From NCBI GenBank assembly GCA_019306185.1, contig JAFDMD010000001.1, forward strand, positions 1 to 54,448: DNA of 54,448 nucleotides, given 5' to 3'. The translations under genes were made by a program, and so were the position numbers. The notes under the pieces are model-generated. The model was given only the letters and a program-made list of their open reading frames with translations. It was not told the DNA's origin and made no database searches. Below, one piece after another: positions 37,415 through 46,284 of this stretch (position 1 is the first letter of the stretch; every line of letters starts with the position of its first letter). Source of the stretch: Deltaproteobacteria bacterium. GTDB lineage: Bacteria; Desulfobacterota; Desulfobacteria; Desulfobacterales; JAFDMD01.

Positions 37415-39994
37415 ATGGATATAAATTTATCTCCTATAAAAATATTGGAAGCAGAAAGAGAAAAGCTTATAAATTTGTTTTTAAAAAACAAAGCTTCCGA
37501 TTTTTTATATAAGCATTGCGGATTAATAGATAGATATTTTAAATCCGCATTTAAAATTGCAGGCGCTGATAAAAAAATTGAACCGGATATAAAAAAATAT
37601 GCGATTGCAGCTTTGGGAGGCTACGGAAGAAAAGAGCAGGCGATATGTTCGGATATTGATATAATAATTTTGTTTGAAGGCAGGCTTCCGAAAACTTCCG
37701 AAGATTTTATAAGCAGGATTATATATCCTTTATGGGATATGAAATTTGACGTGGGATATTCTTTTAAAAACGTAAAAGAGCCGATAAAGATAGAAAAAGA
37801 GCATTTTGAAACTTTTACGGCTTTGCTTGATTTACGATTCTTATGCGGAAACAAATTTTTATATTTAAAACTTGCCGATAATCTGAAAGAAAAAGTCAAA
37901 TCAGCCGAATCTCAAACAATAACGAGTTGGCTTATAGAAACAAATAAAGAGCGTCATAAAAAATTCGGAGATTCTTCATATTTGTTGGAGCCCAATTTAA
38001 AAGAGGGAAAAGGCGGACTTAGAGATTGTCATACTATTTTATGGATAGCCCGCATTAAATTCGGGCTTCGCGATTTCAAAGACCTTGAACGCACAGGCGT
38101 ATTCTCGTATGAAGAATTTAATAAATTAAAAGACTCCCTTGATTTTATATGGAATGTGAGAAACAGGCTTCATTATATTACAAAAAGAAAATGCGATTAC
38201 CTTTATAAAGAGTATCAGATACCGACCGCTTCCGATATGAATTTTGTCCGAATAAAAAACAGAAAGCCGGTAGAGGTTTTTTTAGGAACGCTTCATAATA
38301 GGATGGAATTTATAAAAGACCTTTTTTTGATTTTTATATATGAAAAATGCAGACCGAAAAAACCTGAGATTAAAAGAAAGAATTTAAAAAAACCTGAAAA
38401 AGGGCTTATAATAAAACGGGATTATATTCAATATTCTTCTTCGGAAGCCATATTGGAAAACCCAGAACTTTTAATTAAAATTTTTCAACACAGCGCCAAA
38501 CTTGATATTCCGTTAAGTGCAGAGGCAAAAAGACTTACCGAAGATTTTTTATATTTAATAGATCGCAAATATCAGAACTCGCAGGCTCTTTTAAAATCTT
38601 TTGAAAAGATACTTCTTATGCCTTTGTCTAATTTCAATACATTAAATTTAATGTTAAACAGAGGAGTTTTAGTTAAATATATTCCGGAATTTAAAGAGAT
38701 AACGGATCTTATACAATATAACGATTATCATATATATCCGGTTGACAAGCATTCGCTTTATACTCTTAAAACAATTAAACGCTTCGGAACATCCGAAGAT
38801 ATAACATCCGATACCCTTTGCGACGAGCTTTATAAAACTCTTATAAATAAAAAACCTCTTTTATGGGCGGCGCTTTTACACGATATAGGAAAAGGATACT
38901 CCGCAGGCGAGCATTCCGAAACAGGCGCAAAGATTGCCTGTGAAATCTTAAAAGAAAAAAAATTAAAAACAGAAGCTATAGATACCGTATCTTTTTTAAT
39001 AAAAAATCATCTTTTTTTAATAAAAACCGCCACAAGAAGAGACATTCAGGATGAATCAACCGCAATATTTTGCGCGCGTAAAATAAAAACAATTGAACGT
39101 CTTACAATGTTATATCTTTTAACGGTTGCGGATTCTATAGCCACAGGAACTAAAGCTTGGAACAAATGGAGGGAAGCTTTACTGCAGGATATTTTTTTTA
39201 AAACCTTCGACATAATAGAAAACGGAGAATTGGCAAGCGAGCAGACAATAGAGATAATCGAAGCGAAAAAAGAAAAGATTCTTCCTTTAAACCCCGCTAT
39301 TTTTGATTCAATGTCTCCGCGATATCTTTTATATACTGATATAAAAGATATAAAAGAGCATATAAAACTATACGAACAGTTAAAAGATAATAATTTTGTA
39401 TGGGATATAAAAAAGATAATAGAATCCGATACAAGAAAAATTACATTATGTAGTAAAGACAAACAGGGGCTTTTTTCTAAAATTGCCGGAGTTCTTGTAT
39501 TAAACGGAATAGAAGTATTAGACGCCCAAATCAATACTTGGAGAAACGGAATTGCTTTGGATATTTTTATAGTCAAACCTCCGAAAGATAAAATTTTTGA
39601 ACGGGAAAAATGGAAAAAAGCAGAGGCATCTCTTAATCTTGCTCTTTCCGACAAACTTAATATACAAGAAGCGCTGGAAAAAAGAAAAAAAGATTACAAT
39701 ATCAAAAAAAATAAAAACTACTGCGAAACCAAAGCCAACAAAGTTTCGATAAACAATAATATCTCGAAATTTTTTTCGGTTATAGAGGTTACAACTTATG
39801 ACGCGCAGGATCTTCTTTTTAGAATAACAGACGCAATATTTGGAAAAGAGATAGATATTAGAATTGCAAAAATAGCCACAAAAGCGGACAGAGTAATAGA
39901 TGTTTTTTATGTAAGAAATTTATACGGAGACAAAATATTTTCCAAAGAGAAAATTGAAGGATTAAAAACGGCTATTTATAATGCGTTGGATTAG
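37415..39994 (+). CDS. glnD: [Protein-PII] uridylyltransferase/uridylyl-removing enzyme
   Basis: NTase motif (GGYGRKEQAICSDIDI), HD domain (LLHDIGKG) and two C-terminal ACT-like domains. 859 aa. Confidence 0.88.
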   Translation: MDINLSPIKILEAEREKLINLFLKNKASDFLYKHCGLIDRYFKSAFKIAGADKKIEPDIKKYAIAALGGYGRKEQAICSDIDIIILFEGRLPKTSEDFISRIIYPLWDMKFDVGYSFKNVKEPIKIEKEHFETFTALLDLRFLCGNKFLYLKLADNLKEKVKSAESQTITSWLIETNKERHKKFGDSSYLLEPNLKEGKGGLRDCHTILWIARIKFGLRDFKDLERTGVFSYEEFNKLKDSLDFIWNVRNRLHYITKRKCDYLYKEYQIPTASDMNFVRIKNRKPVEVFLGTLHNRMEFIKDLFLIFIYEKCRPKKPEIKRKNLKKPEKGLIIKRDYIQYSSSEAILENPELLIKIFQHSAKLDIPLSAEAKRLTEDFLYLIDRKYQNSQALLKSFEKILLMPLSNFNTLNLMLNRGVLVKYIPEFKEITDLIQYNDYHIYPVDKHSLYTLKTIKRFGTSEDITSDTLCDELYKTLINKKPLLWAALLHDIGKGYSAGEHSETGAKIACEILKEKKLKTEAIDTVSFLIKNHLFLIKTATRRDIQDESTAIFCARKIKTIERLTMLYLLTVADSIATGTKAWNKWREALLQDIFFKTFDIIENGELASEQTIEIIEAKKEKILPLNPAIFDSMSPRYLLYTDIKDIKEHIKLYEQLKDNNFVWDIKKIIESDTRKITLCSKDKQGLFSKIAGVLVLNGIEVLDAQINTWRNGIALDIFIVKPPKDKIFEREKWKKAEASLNLALSDKLNIQEALEKRKKDYNIKKNKNYCETKANKVSINNNISKFFSVIEVTTYDAQDLLFRITDAIFGKEIDIRIAKIATKADRVIDVFYVRNLYGDKIFSKEKIEGLKTAIYNALD

Positions 39995-40011
39995 GAGACA
40001 AACATAAAACT

Positions 40012-43011
40012 ATGCCGCATATATTGGAAATAGCTTTAAAGCCTGATATTTTTGACGCCGAAGGCGAAAATATTAAAAAGAAAGCAAAAGAGTATTTTAA
40101 TATTGATATAGAAGATGTCCGAGTAATAAATATTATAGCGATTAATGCGGATTTTTCGGAAAAAGAGCTTGATATTATAGCCGAAGAATTTACAAATCCT
40201 GTTACTCAAATTTTTTCTTATAATTTGCCGCCTATTAATTTTGATTGGACAATTTGGGCAGGATTTAAAGTCGGAGTAAAAGATAACGGCGCAGACTGCG
40301 CAAAAGAGGCTATCGAAGATTTTTTAAAAATTAAAAAATTCGGTAAAAACAATTCCATTCACACTTCAAAAAGATACTGCATAACAGACGCAAATCTTAC
40401 TTATCAAGATATTAAAAAAATTGCAGACGAACTTTTGGCAAACGATATAATATCCGAATCTAAAATATATAATAATAAGCAATGGAATTTTAAAAAAAAT
40501 ATAGCCGATATTATTCCGCAAATAAAAAAAGGTTATAAACCGAAACTTGAAATAATATCTGTAAATTCCGCAAAAACCTTAAACGAAATACTTAAAAAAA
40601 GAGGAATACCTCTTGTAAAAAAAGATGTTTCGGCAATTTATTCTTATTTTAACGATAATAAAATATTAAAAAAAAGAGCCGAATATAATTTAACTAAACC
40701 TACCGATTTGGAGCTGGAATGTATTGCCCAAGCAAGAAGCGATCATTGTTGCCATAACACTTTTAGAGGTTTGTATCGTTACTTTGACAAAGAAACAGGC
40801 AAAAGATTAACAATTAATAATCTTTTTGCGCAATATATAAAAAATCCGACATTAAAACTCAAAAAAGATAAAAAAGAGATTGTTTCCGTATTATGGGATA
40901 ACGCCGGAATAGTCAGCTTTAACAATCGCTATAATTATGCGGTTACGGGCGAAACTCATAATTCTCCTTCCAATTTGGAGGCTTACGGCGGAGCGATTAC
41001 GGGCATACTCGGAGTTTTTCGAGATATAATGGGAGCGGGAAAAGGCGCAAAACCTATAATGGGAAGCTTCGGGTTTTGCGTAGGAGATATTAATTATAAA
41101 GGAAATTTAAAACCGAAGCTTCATCCGAAACGCCTTCTATACGGAGTAATAGAAGGGGTAAAAGACGGAGGCAATAAAAGCGGAGTGCCCACCTCTTTCG
41201 GCAGCATTATTTTTAACGATAAGTATATCGGCAAAAGCCTTGTTTTTGTAACCGCAATAGGAATAATGCCTGCAAAAATAAAAAAAGAGCCTTCCGAAAT
41301 AAAAAAAACCGAAGCCGGCCATCTTATAATAATGTCCGGCGGATTGGTTGGCAAAGACGGCATACACGGCGCCACGGCATCTTCAGAAATATTATCTTCG
41401 GATACTCCGGCAAGCCATGTTCAAATAGGAGATCCTTATACTCAAAAAAAGATGCAGGATTTTCTTATAGAGGCAAGAGATAAAGGATTAATCGAATATA
41501 TTACAGATAACGGCGCCGGAGGATTATCCGGTTCCGTTTGCGAATCCGCATATTGTTCCGGCGGAGCAAAAGTTGATCTTTCAAAAGTTCCTTTAAAGTA
41601 CGATTCGCTTGATTTTTGGGAAATATGGGTTTCGGAATCTCAAGAAAGAATGACAATTGCAATATCTCCGAAAAATCTTAAAACATTTATGCGGCTTTCA
41701 AAAAAATATGGCGTTAAAAGCAGCATAATAGGCGAATATACAAACTACGGCGCTTTACATATAACTTATAAAGATAAAACCCTTGCTTATATAGAACTTG
41801 ATTTTTTAAGAAACGGCTTTTTGCAGTCCGAATTCGATGCGGTTTGGACGCCCCCTAAAAAGCGAGGGTTATTCGAACCTGTTATCCAACAGCCGAGAGA
41901 TTATAATAAATTATTAAAAAATATTTTAAAAAGCCGAAATATATCTTCAAAAGAATCTGTTATAAGACAATATGATCATGAAGTATTAGGACAAAGCATT
42001 ATAAAGCCTCTTGTAGGAAAAAATAGAGACGTTTTTTCAGATGCCGTAGTAATAAAGCCGGATTTTAATTCTTACAAGGGGTTATCCTTTGCAAACGCAA
42101 TACTTCCTTTTTATTCCGAAATAGATACCTATTATATGACGCAGGCGGTTGTTGACGAGGCGGTAAGAAGAGTTATATCCGTAGGCGGAAATATCAATTA
42201 CATAAGCGGCATAGATAATTTTTGCTGGCCAGATATACGATATGACAAAAAAAATAATCCTGACGGAAAATTAAAAGCGGCAAAATTAGTCCGCTCCTGC
42301 ATTGCATTAAAAAGAATATGCTTATCCTATAAAATTCCGCTTATCTCCGGCAAAGACAGCATGTATGCAGACGGGCAGATACCGGATCAATACGGAAAAA
42401 TACATAAAATATCCGCTCCCGAAACATTATGCTTTTCTGCAGTAAGCATAGTGGAAGACATAAGAAAATGCGTTACTATGGACTTTAAAAACCCAGGAGA
42501 TATTATATATCTGCTCGGAAATACAAAAAACCAACTCGGCGGCTCCGCATATTACGAAATACTCGGTTATATAGGCTTAAATGTTCCGAGAATAAATAAT
42601 TTCAAAAAATTTTTATCATTATATAAGGCTCTTTTTTCCGCTATAAAAAAATCTCTTATATCCTCTGCTCGCGGCATATACAGAGGCGGGCTTGCGGTTC
42701 ATTCGGCGCTTTGTTGCGCGGCGGGAGAACTCGGAGCGGAAATCAATTTAAACAAAATTGCGTTATTAAATTCCGAAAAAAAAATAAGAGATGACATACT
42801 ATTTTTTTCCGAATCTCCGGGCAGATTCATAATAACCGTAAATTGTAAAAATAAAAAAAAGATAGAAAAAATTTTCGAAGGGCTTCCTTGTTATTGCATA
42901 GGCAGGGTAACCGAAGAAAGAAATTTCATCATAAAAGGGTTAAAAAATAAAAATATCGTTTCGCTTGCTATCAAAGATATAAAAGATTTTTATAAATCTG
43001 GCGTCTTGTAA
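40012..43011 (+). CDS. purL: Phosphoribosylformylglycinamidine synthase, PurS-PurL fusion
   Basis: The N-terminal ~80 aa are PurS-like. These are followed by PurL AIR-synthase-like repeats (ETHNSPS, DNGAGGLS, SESQERM). Confidence 0.88.
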   Translation: MPHILEIALKPDIFDAEGENIKKKAKEYFNIDIEDVRVINIIAINADFSEKELDIIAEEFTNPVTQIFSYNLPPINFDWTIWAGFKVGVKDNGADCAKEAIEDFLKIKKFGKNNSIHTSKRYCITDANLTYQDIKKIADELLANDIISESKIYNNKQWNFKKNIADIIPQIKKGYKPKLEIISVNSAKTLNEILKKRGIPLVKKDVSAIYSYFNDNKILKKRAEYNLTKPTDLELECIAQARSDHCCHNTFRGLYRYFDKETGKRLTINNLFAQYIKNPTLKLKKDKKEIVSVLWDNAGIVSFNNRYNYAVTGETHNSPSNLEAYGGAITGILGVFRDIMGAGKGAKPIMGSFGFCVGDINYKGNLKPKLHPKRLLYGVIEGVKDGGNKSGVPTSFGSIIFNDKYIGKSLVFVTAIGIMPAKIKKEPSEIKKTEAGHLIIMSGGLVGKDGIHGATASSEILSSDTPASHVQIGDPYTQKKMQDFLIEARDKGLIEYITDNGAGGLSGSVCESAYCSGGAKVDLSKVPLKYDSLDFWEIWVSESQERMTIAISPKNLKTFMRLSKKYGVKSSIIGEYTNYGALHITYKDKTLAYIELDFLRNGFLQSEFDAVWTPPKKRGLFEPVIQQPRDYNKLLKNILKSRNISSKESVIRQYDHEVLGQSIIKPLVGKNRDVFSDAVVIKPDFNSYKGLSFANAILPFYSEIDTYYMTQAVVDEAVRRVISVGGNINYISGIDNFCWPDIRYDKKNNPDGKLKAAKLVRSCIALKRICLSYKIPLISGKDSMYADGQIPDQYGKIHKISAPETLCFSAVSIVEDIRKCVTMDFKNPGDIIYLLGNTKNQLGGSAYYEILGYIGLNVPRINNFKKFLSLYKALFSAIKKSLISSARGIYRGGLAVHSALCCAAGELGAEINLNKIALLNSEKKIRDDILFFSESPGRFIITVNCKNKKKIEKIFEGLPCYCIGRVTEERNFIIKGLKNKNIVSLAIKDIKDFYKSGVL

Positions 43012-43255
43012 GAGGCTTCAGATATCCTATTTGCTTTGCCTGCCTTCTGGTATCTATATCCAATTTTTTTTATCAAAATTTTATAGATTAAAGCCGTAAG
43101 CATAAATTGTTTACATATTTTGATAATATTCTCTCTTTACAAAAAGGGCATCTTCTTTTAATTATGAAAAACTTAATAATTGATTTATATTTTAGGCAAA
43201 ATAACCCTAATATTTTTAAAATAAATTGTAAATTCGGATAGAGGAGAAGGAAAAT

Positions 43256-43759
43256 ATGTGTAAATGCGGAGCGAAAAAAGGGATGGATAAAATATTGGAT
43301 AAATATCCTGCCAGTTCCGAATATCTTATATTCTTATTACAGGATATACAAGACGCATACGGTTATATATCGCAAGAAAATATGAAAACCGTATGCGAAT
43401 ATATAAAGGTTCCTATAAGCAGAGCATATTCGGTGGCGACTTTTTATAAATCTTTCAGACTCGAACCTAAAGGAGAACACGAGATAAAGGTTTGTTTAGG
43501 AACTGCATGTCATCTTAAAGGCGGCGGGCGCTTGGCGGAGGAATTAAAGCGCCGTATAGGAGTCGAGCCCGGAGCCACTTCAAAAGATATGCGTTATACG
43601 CTGGAAACAGTAAACTGCGTAGGCGCATGCGCTCTTGCGCCGGTTATGTTGGTTGACGAAAAATATCATCCGAATACAAACGCAAAAAAAATCGGAAAAA
43701 TATTATCCGAAATAGATCAAGAAGACATGAGAGGAGTAAATAGTGAAAGCTGTATTTAA
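43256..43759 (+). CDS. NuoE/HoxE-like thioredoxin-fold [2Fe-2S] subunit
   Basis: CLGTACHLKG...CVGACALAP four-Cys pattern. GGAGAAGG RBS. Confidence 0.85.
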   Translation: MCKCGAKKGMDKILDKYPASSEYLIFLLQDIQDAYGYISQENMKTVCEYIKVPISRAYSVATFYKSFRLEPKGEHEIKVCLGTACHLKGGGRLAEELKRRIGVEPGATSKDMRYTLETVNCVGACALAPVMLVDEKYHPNTNAKKIGKILSEIDQEDMRGVNSESCI

Positions 43760-45650
43760 ACAAACGGAAAAAAGCGCTGATATTATTCCTTTGAATTCTT
43801 ACGAAGATATTAAAGCTCTTAAAGATAAAATTATAGCTTCAAAAGATCCTAAAAAGCCTGTTGTGGCAATCTGTTTCGGAACCGCATGCGCTGTAAACGG
43901 AAGTTTGGAAGTTAAAGAGGCTCTGGAAAAGGAGATTGACGAAGCCGGAATAGAGGCGGATATAATTCCTTATATAAAGGCTACCGGTTGTCAGGGATTT
44001 TGTTCGAGAGGTCCTCTTGTAGTTATTCGTCCTCAGGGAATATTTTATCAAAAAGTAAAGGCAAAAGATTGTAAAGATATAGTGGAGAAGACGCTGAAAA
44101 AAGGCGAACCTGTTAAAAAACTTCTATATAAAGACCCTAAAACCGGCAATGAAATTTTAACGGAAAAAGAAATTCCTTTTTATAAGCTTCAAAAAAGAGT
44201 GGTATTAAAAAATATAGGAACAATAGACCCTTGCGATATAAACGATTATATCGGCTCCGGAGGTTATCTGGCGTTGGGAAAAGCTTTAACTTCAATGACT
44301 CCTGAACATGTTGTGGCTGAAATCGAAAAGTCTGGTTTAAGAGGCAGAGGCGGCGCTGGCTTTCCTACTGGCAGAAAATGGAAATCCGCTCTTTTGGCAA
44401 TAGAGAAGAAAGGAAAACCGGCTTATGTAGTGGTAAACGGAGACGAAGGGAATCCTGGAGCATTTTTGGATATGGCGATTATGGAAGGCGACCCTCATGC
44501 GGTTTTGGAAGGATTGATGATAGGCGCTTATGCCATAGGAGCGGAAAACGGTTATCTTTATATAAGAGCCGAATATCCTCTTGCTATCTCGAAGCTTGAA
44601 ATTGCAATGGAGCAGGCAAGAGAGAGCGGATTAATGGGCAAAAACATACTCGGCTCCGATTTTTCTTTTGACGCCAGAATTAACAGAGGCGCCGGAGCCT
44701 TTGTATGCGGAGAATCCACCGCTTTATTTACATCTATAGAAGGGAAAGCAGGCAATCCGCGTCCCAAATATATCCGTTCAGTAGAGGAGGGTTTATGGGG
44801 AAGACCTACGGTATTAAACAATATAGAGACATGGGCGGCGGTTCCTAAGATAATAGAGAAAGGTGCCGAATGGTATGCCGGAATCGGCTCGTATAAAAAC
44901 GCGGGCACAAAAGTTTTTTCTTTGGCGGGAAAGATAAACAATGCCGGATTAATCGAAGTTCCTATGGGAGTTCCGCTATCAATGATAGTAGAAGATATAG
45001 GAGGCGGAGTTCCCGGAGGCGAACCTTTTAAAGCGGTTCAAACCGGCGGACCTTCCGGGGGATGTCTGCCTTACAAATTAAAGGAGAGTCCCGTCGATTT
45101 CGATTCTTTGATCAAAGCCGGTTCTATGATGGGAGCTGGCGGAATGATCGTAATGGATAAAAGAGACTGCGTAGTTGATGTAGCGCGTCATTTTTTACGT
45201 TTTTTGGAAGAGGAATCCTGTGGCAAATGCATACCTTGCAGGCTCGGGCTTACAAGAATGCGCGAAATATTGGATAATTTTTCCAAAGGAATAGGTTCGA
45301 AAGAGGATATAGAGGCTTTGGAAAGTTTGGCGCAAGCGATTCAAGACGGGGCTTTATGCGCTTTGGGAACAAGCGCTCCGAGTCCGGCGCTTTCCACTAT
45401 AAGACACTTTAAAGACGAGTATCTTGCTCATATAGAAGATAAAAAATGTCCCGCAGGAGTATGCAAAGATTTAATAACTTACAAAATAGATTCAAAACTT
45501 TGCACGGGCTGCGGAAGCTGCAAAGCCCAATGCCCGCAGCAATGTATTAGCGGTGAAAAAAAAGAACCACATATAATAGACGCCGAACAATGTATCAGAT
45601 GCGGCATCTGCATGGAAACCTGCAAGTTTAATGCGGTAACTGTTTATTAA
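43743..45650 (+). CDS. NuoF/HndC-like NADH-binding flavoprotein subunit with extra N-terminal [2Fe-2S] and C-terminal 2x[4Fe-4S] domains (GTG start)
   Basis: GLRGRGGAGFPTG.KW, GDEGNPGAF, ESCGKCIPCR, and a C-terminal CTGCGSCKAQCP...CIRCGICMETC. Confidence 0.88.
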   Translation: MKAVFKQTEKSADIIPLNSYEDIKALKDKIIASKDPKKPVVAICFGTACAVNGSLEVKEALEKEIDEAGIEADIIPYIKATGCQGFCSRGPLVVIRPQGIFYQKVKAKDCKDIVEKTLKKGEPVKKLLYKDPKTGNEILTEKEIPFYKLQKRVVLKNIGTIDPCDINDYIGSGGYLALGKALTSMTPEHVVAEIEKSGLRGRGGAGFPTGRKWKSALLAIEKKGKPAYVVVNGDEGNPGAFLDMAIMEGDPHAVLEGLMIGAYAIGAENGYLYIRAEYPLAISKLEIAMEQARESGLMGKNILGSDFSFDARINRGAGAFVCGESTALFTSIEGKAGNPRPKYIRSVEEGLWGRPTVLNNIETWAAVPKIIEKGAEWYAGIGSYKNAGTKVFSLAGKINNAGLIEVPMGVPLSMIVEDIGGGVPGGEPFKAVQTGGPSGGCLPYKLKESPVDFDSLIKAGSMMGAGGMIVMDKRDCVVDVARHFLRFLEEESCGKCIPCRLGLTRMREILDNFSKGIGSKEDIEALESLAQAIQDGALCALGTSAPSPALSTIRHFKDEYLAHIEDKKCPAGVCKDLITYKIDSKLCTGCGSCKAQCPQQCISGEKKEPHIIDAEQCIRCGICMETCKFNAVTVY

Positions 45651-45675
45651 AATAATAATACGGAGGCGTAACATA

Positions 45676-46269
45676 ATGATCCGTTTTAAAATCAACGATA
45701 AAGAGGTTAAGGCGCGGAAAGGATGGACAATCCTTGAAACCGCAAGAGAATATAATATCGAAATACCGACCCTTTGTTTTAACGAGGCGGTAGCTCCAAG
45801 CGGAGCATGCAGGCTTTGTATGGTGGAACTAAAAGAGGGCGGTTGGTCTAAAACCGTAGCTTCTTGCATATATCCGGCGGCGGAAGGAATCAACGTATAT
45901 ACCGAAACAGATAAAGTAAAAAATATCAGAAGATGGATATTCGAGATGCTTCTTGCCTCAAGTCCTGCAAGTTCCGAAATAGCCGCTATGGCAAAAAAAT
46001 ACGGAGTAACTTCTACAAGATTTACAATAAAAGATCAGAATGAAACATGTATATTATGCGGACTTTGCGCAAGAGTATGCGAAGAGGTTGTAGGGCTGTC
46101 CGCAATATCAATAGTAGATAGAGGAGTCCGCAAAAAAATAGGCGCCCCTTTTATGCAGCCTACGGACGTATGCGTAGCCTGCGGCTGCTGCGTTACAGTA
46201 TGCCCTACAGACAAAATGGAAAGTATATTTGATAATGTGCGCAAAAAAAATATTTCGACGGTTTATTAA
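45676..46269 (+). CDS. NuoG-N-terminal-like [2Fe-2S]/[4Fe-4S] ferredoxin subunit
   Basis: CRLCMVE, CILCGLCARVC and CVACGCCVTVCP cysteine clusters. Confidence 0.8.
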   Translation: MIRFKINDKEVKARKGWTILETAREYNIEIPTLCFNEAVAPSGACRLCMVELKEGGWSKTVASCIYPAAEGINVYTETDKVKNIRRWIFEMLLASSPASSEIAAMAKKYGVTSTRFTIKDQNETCILCGLCARVCEEVVGLSAISIVDRGVRKKIGAPFMQPTDVCVACGCCVTVCPTDKMESIFDNVRKKNISTVY

Positions 46270-46284
46270 GCAAGGAGAAAAAAG

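Noticed and set aside
39046-39654. 202-aa antisense ORF inside glnD. Similar long antisense ORFs lie at 31157-31669 (in selB), 47827-48318 and 45492-45893 (in the redox genes), 12889-13335 (in aspS), 21275-21694 (in moeA) and 860-1159
   Set aside because: Each lies fully within a confidently identified gene on the other strand. Their sequences are low-complexity and Ser/Phe/Ile-rich, which is typical of shadow frames.
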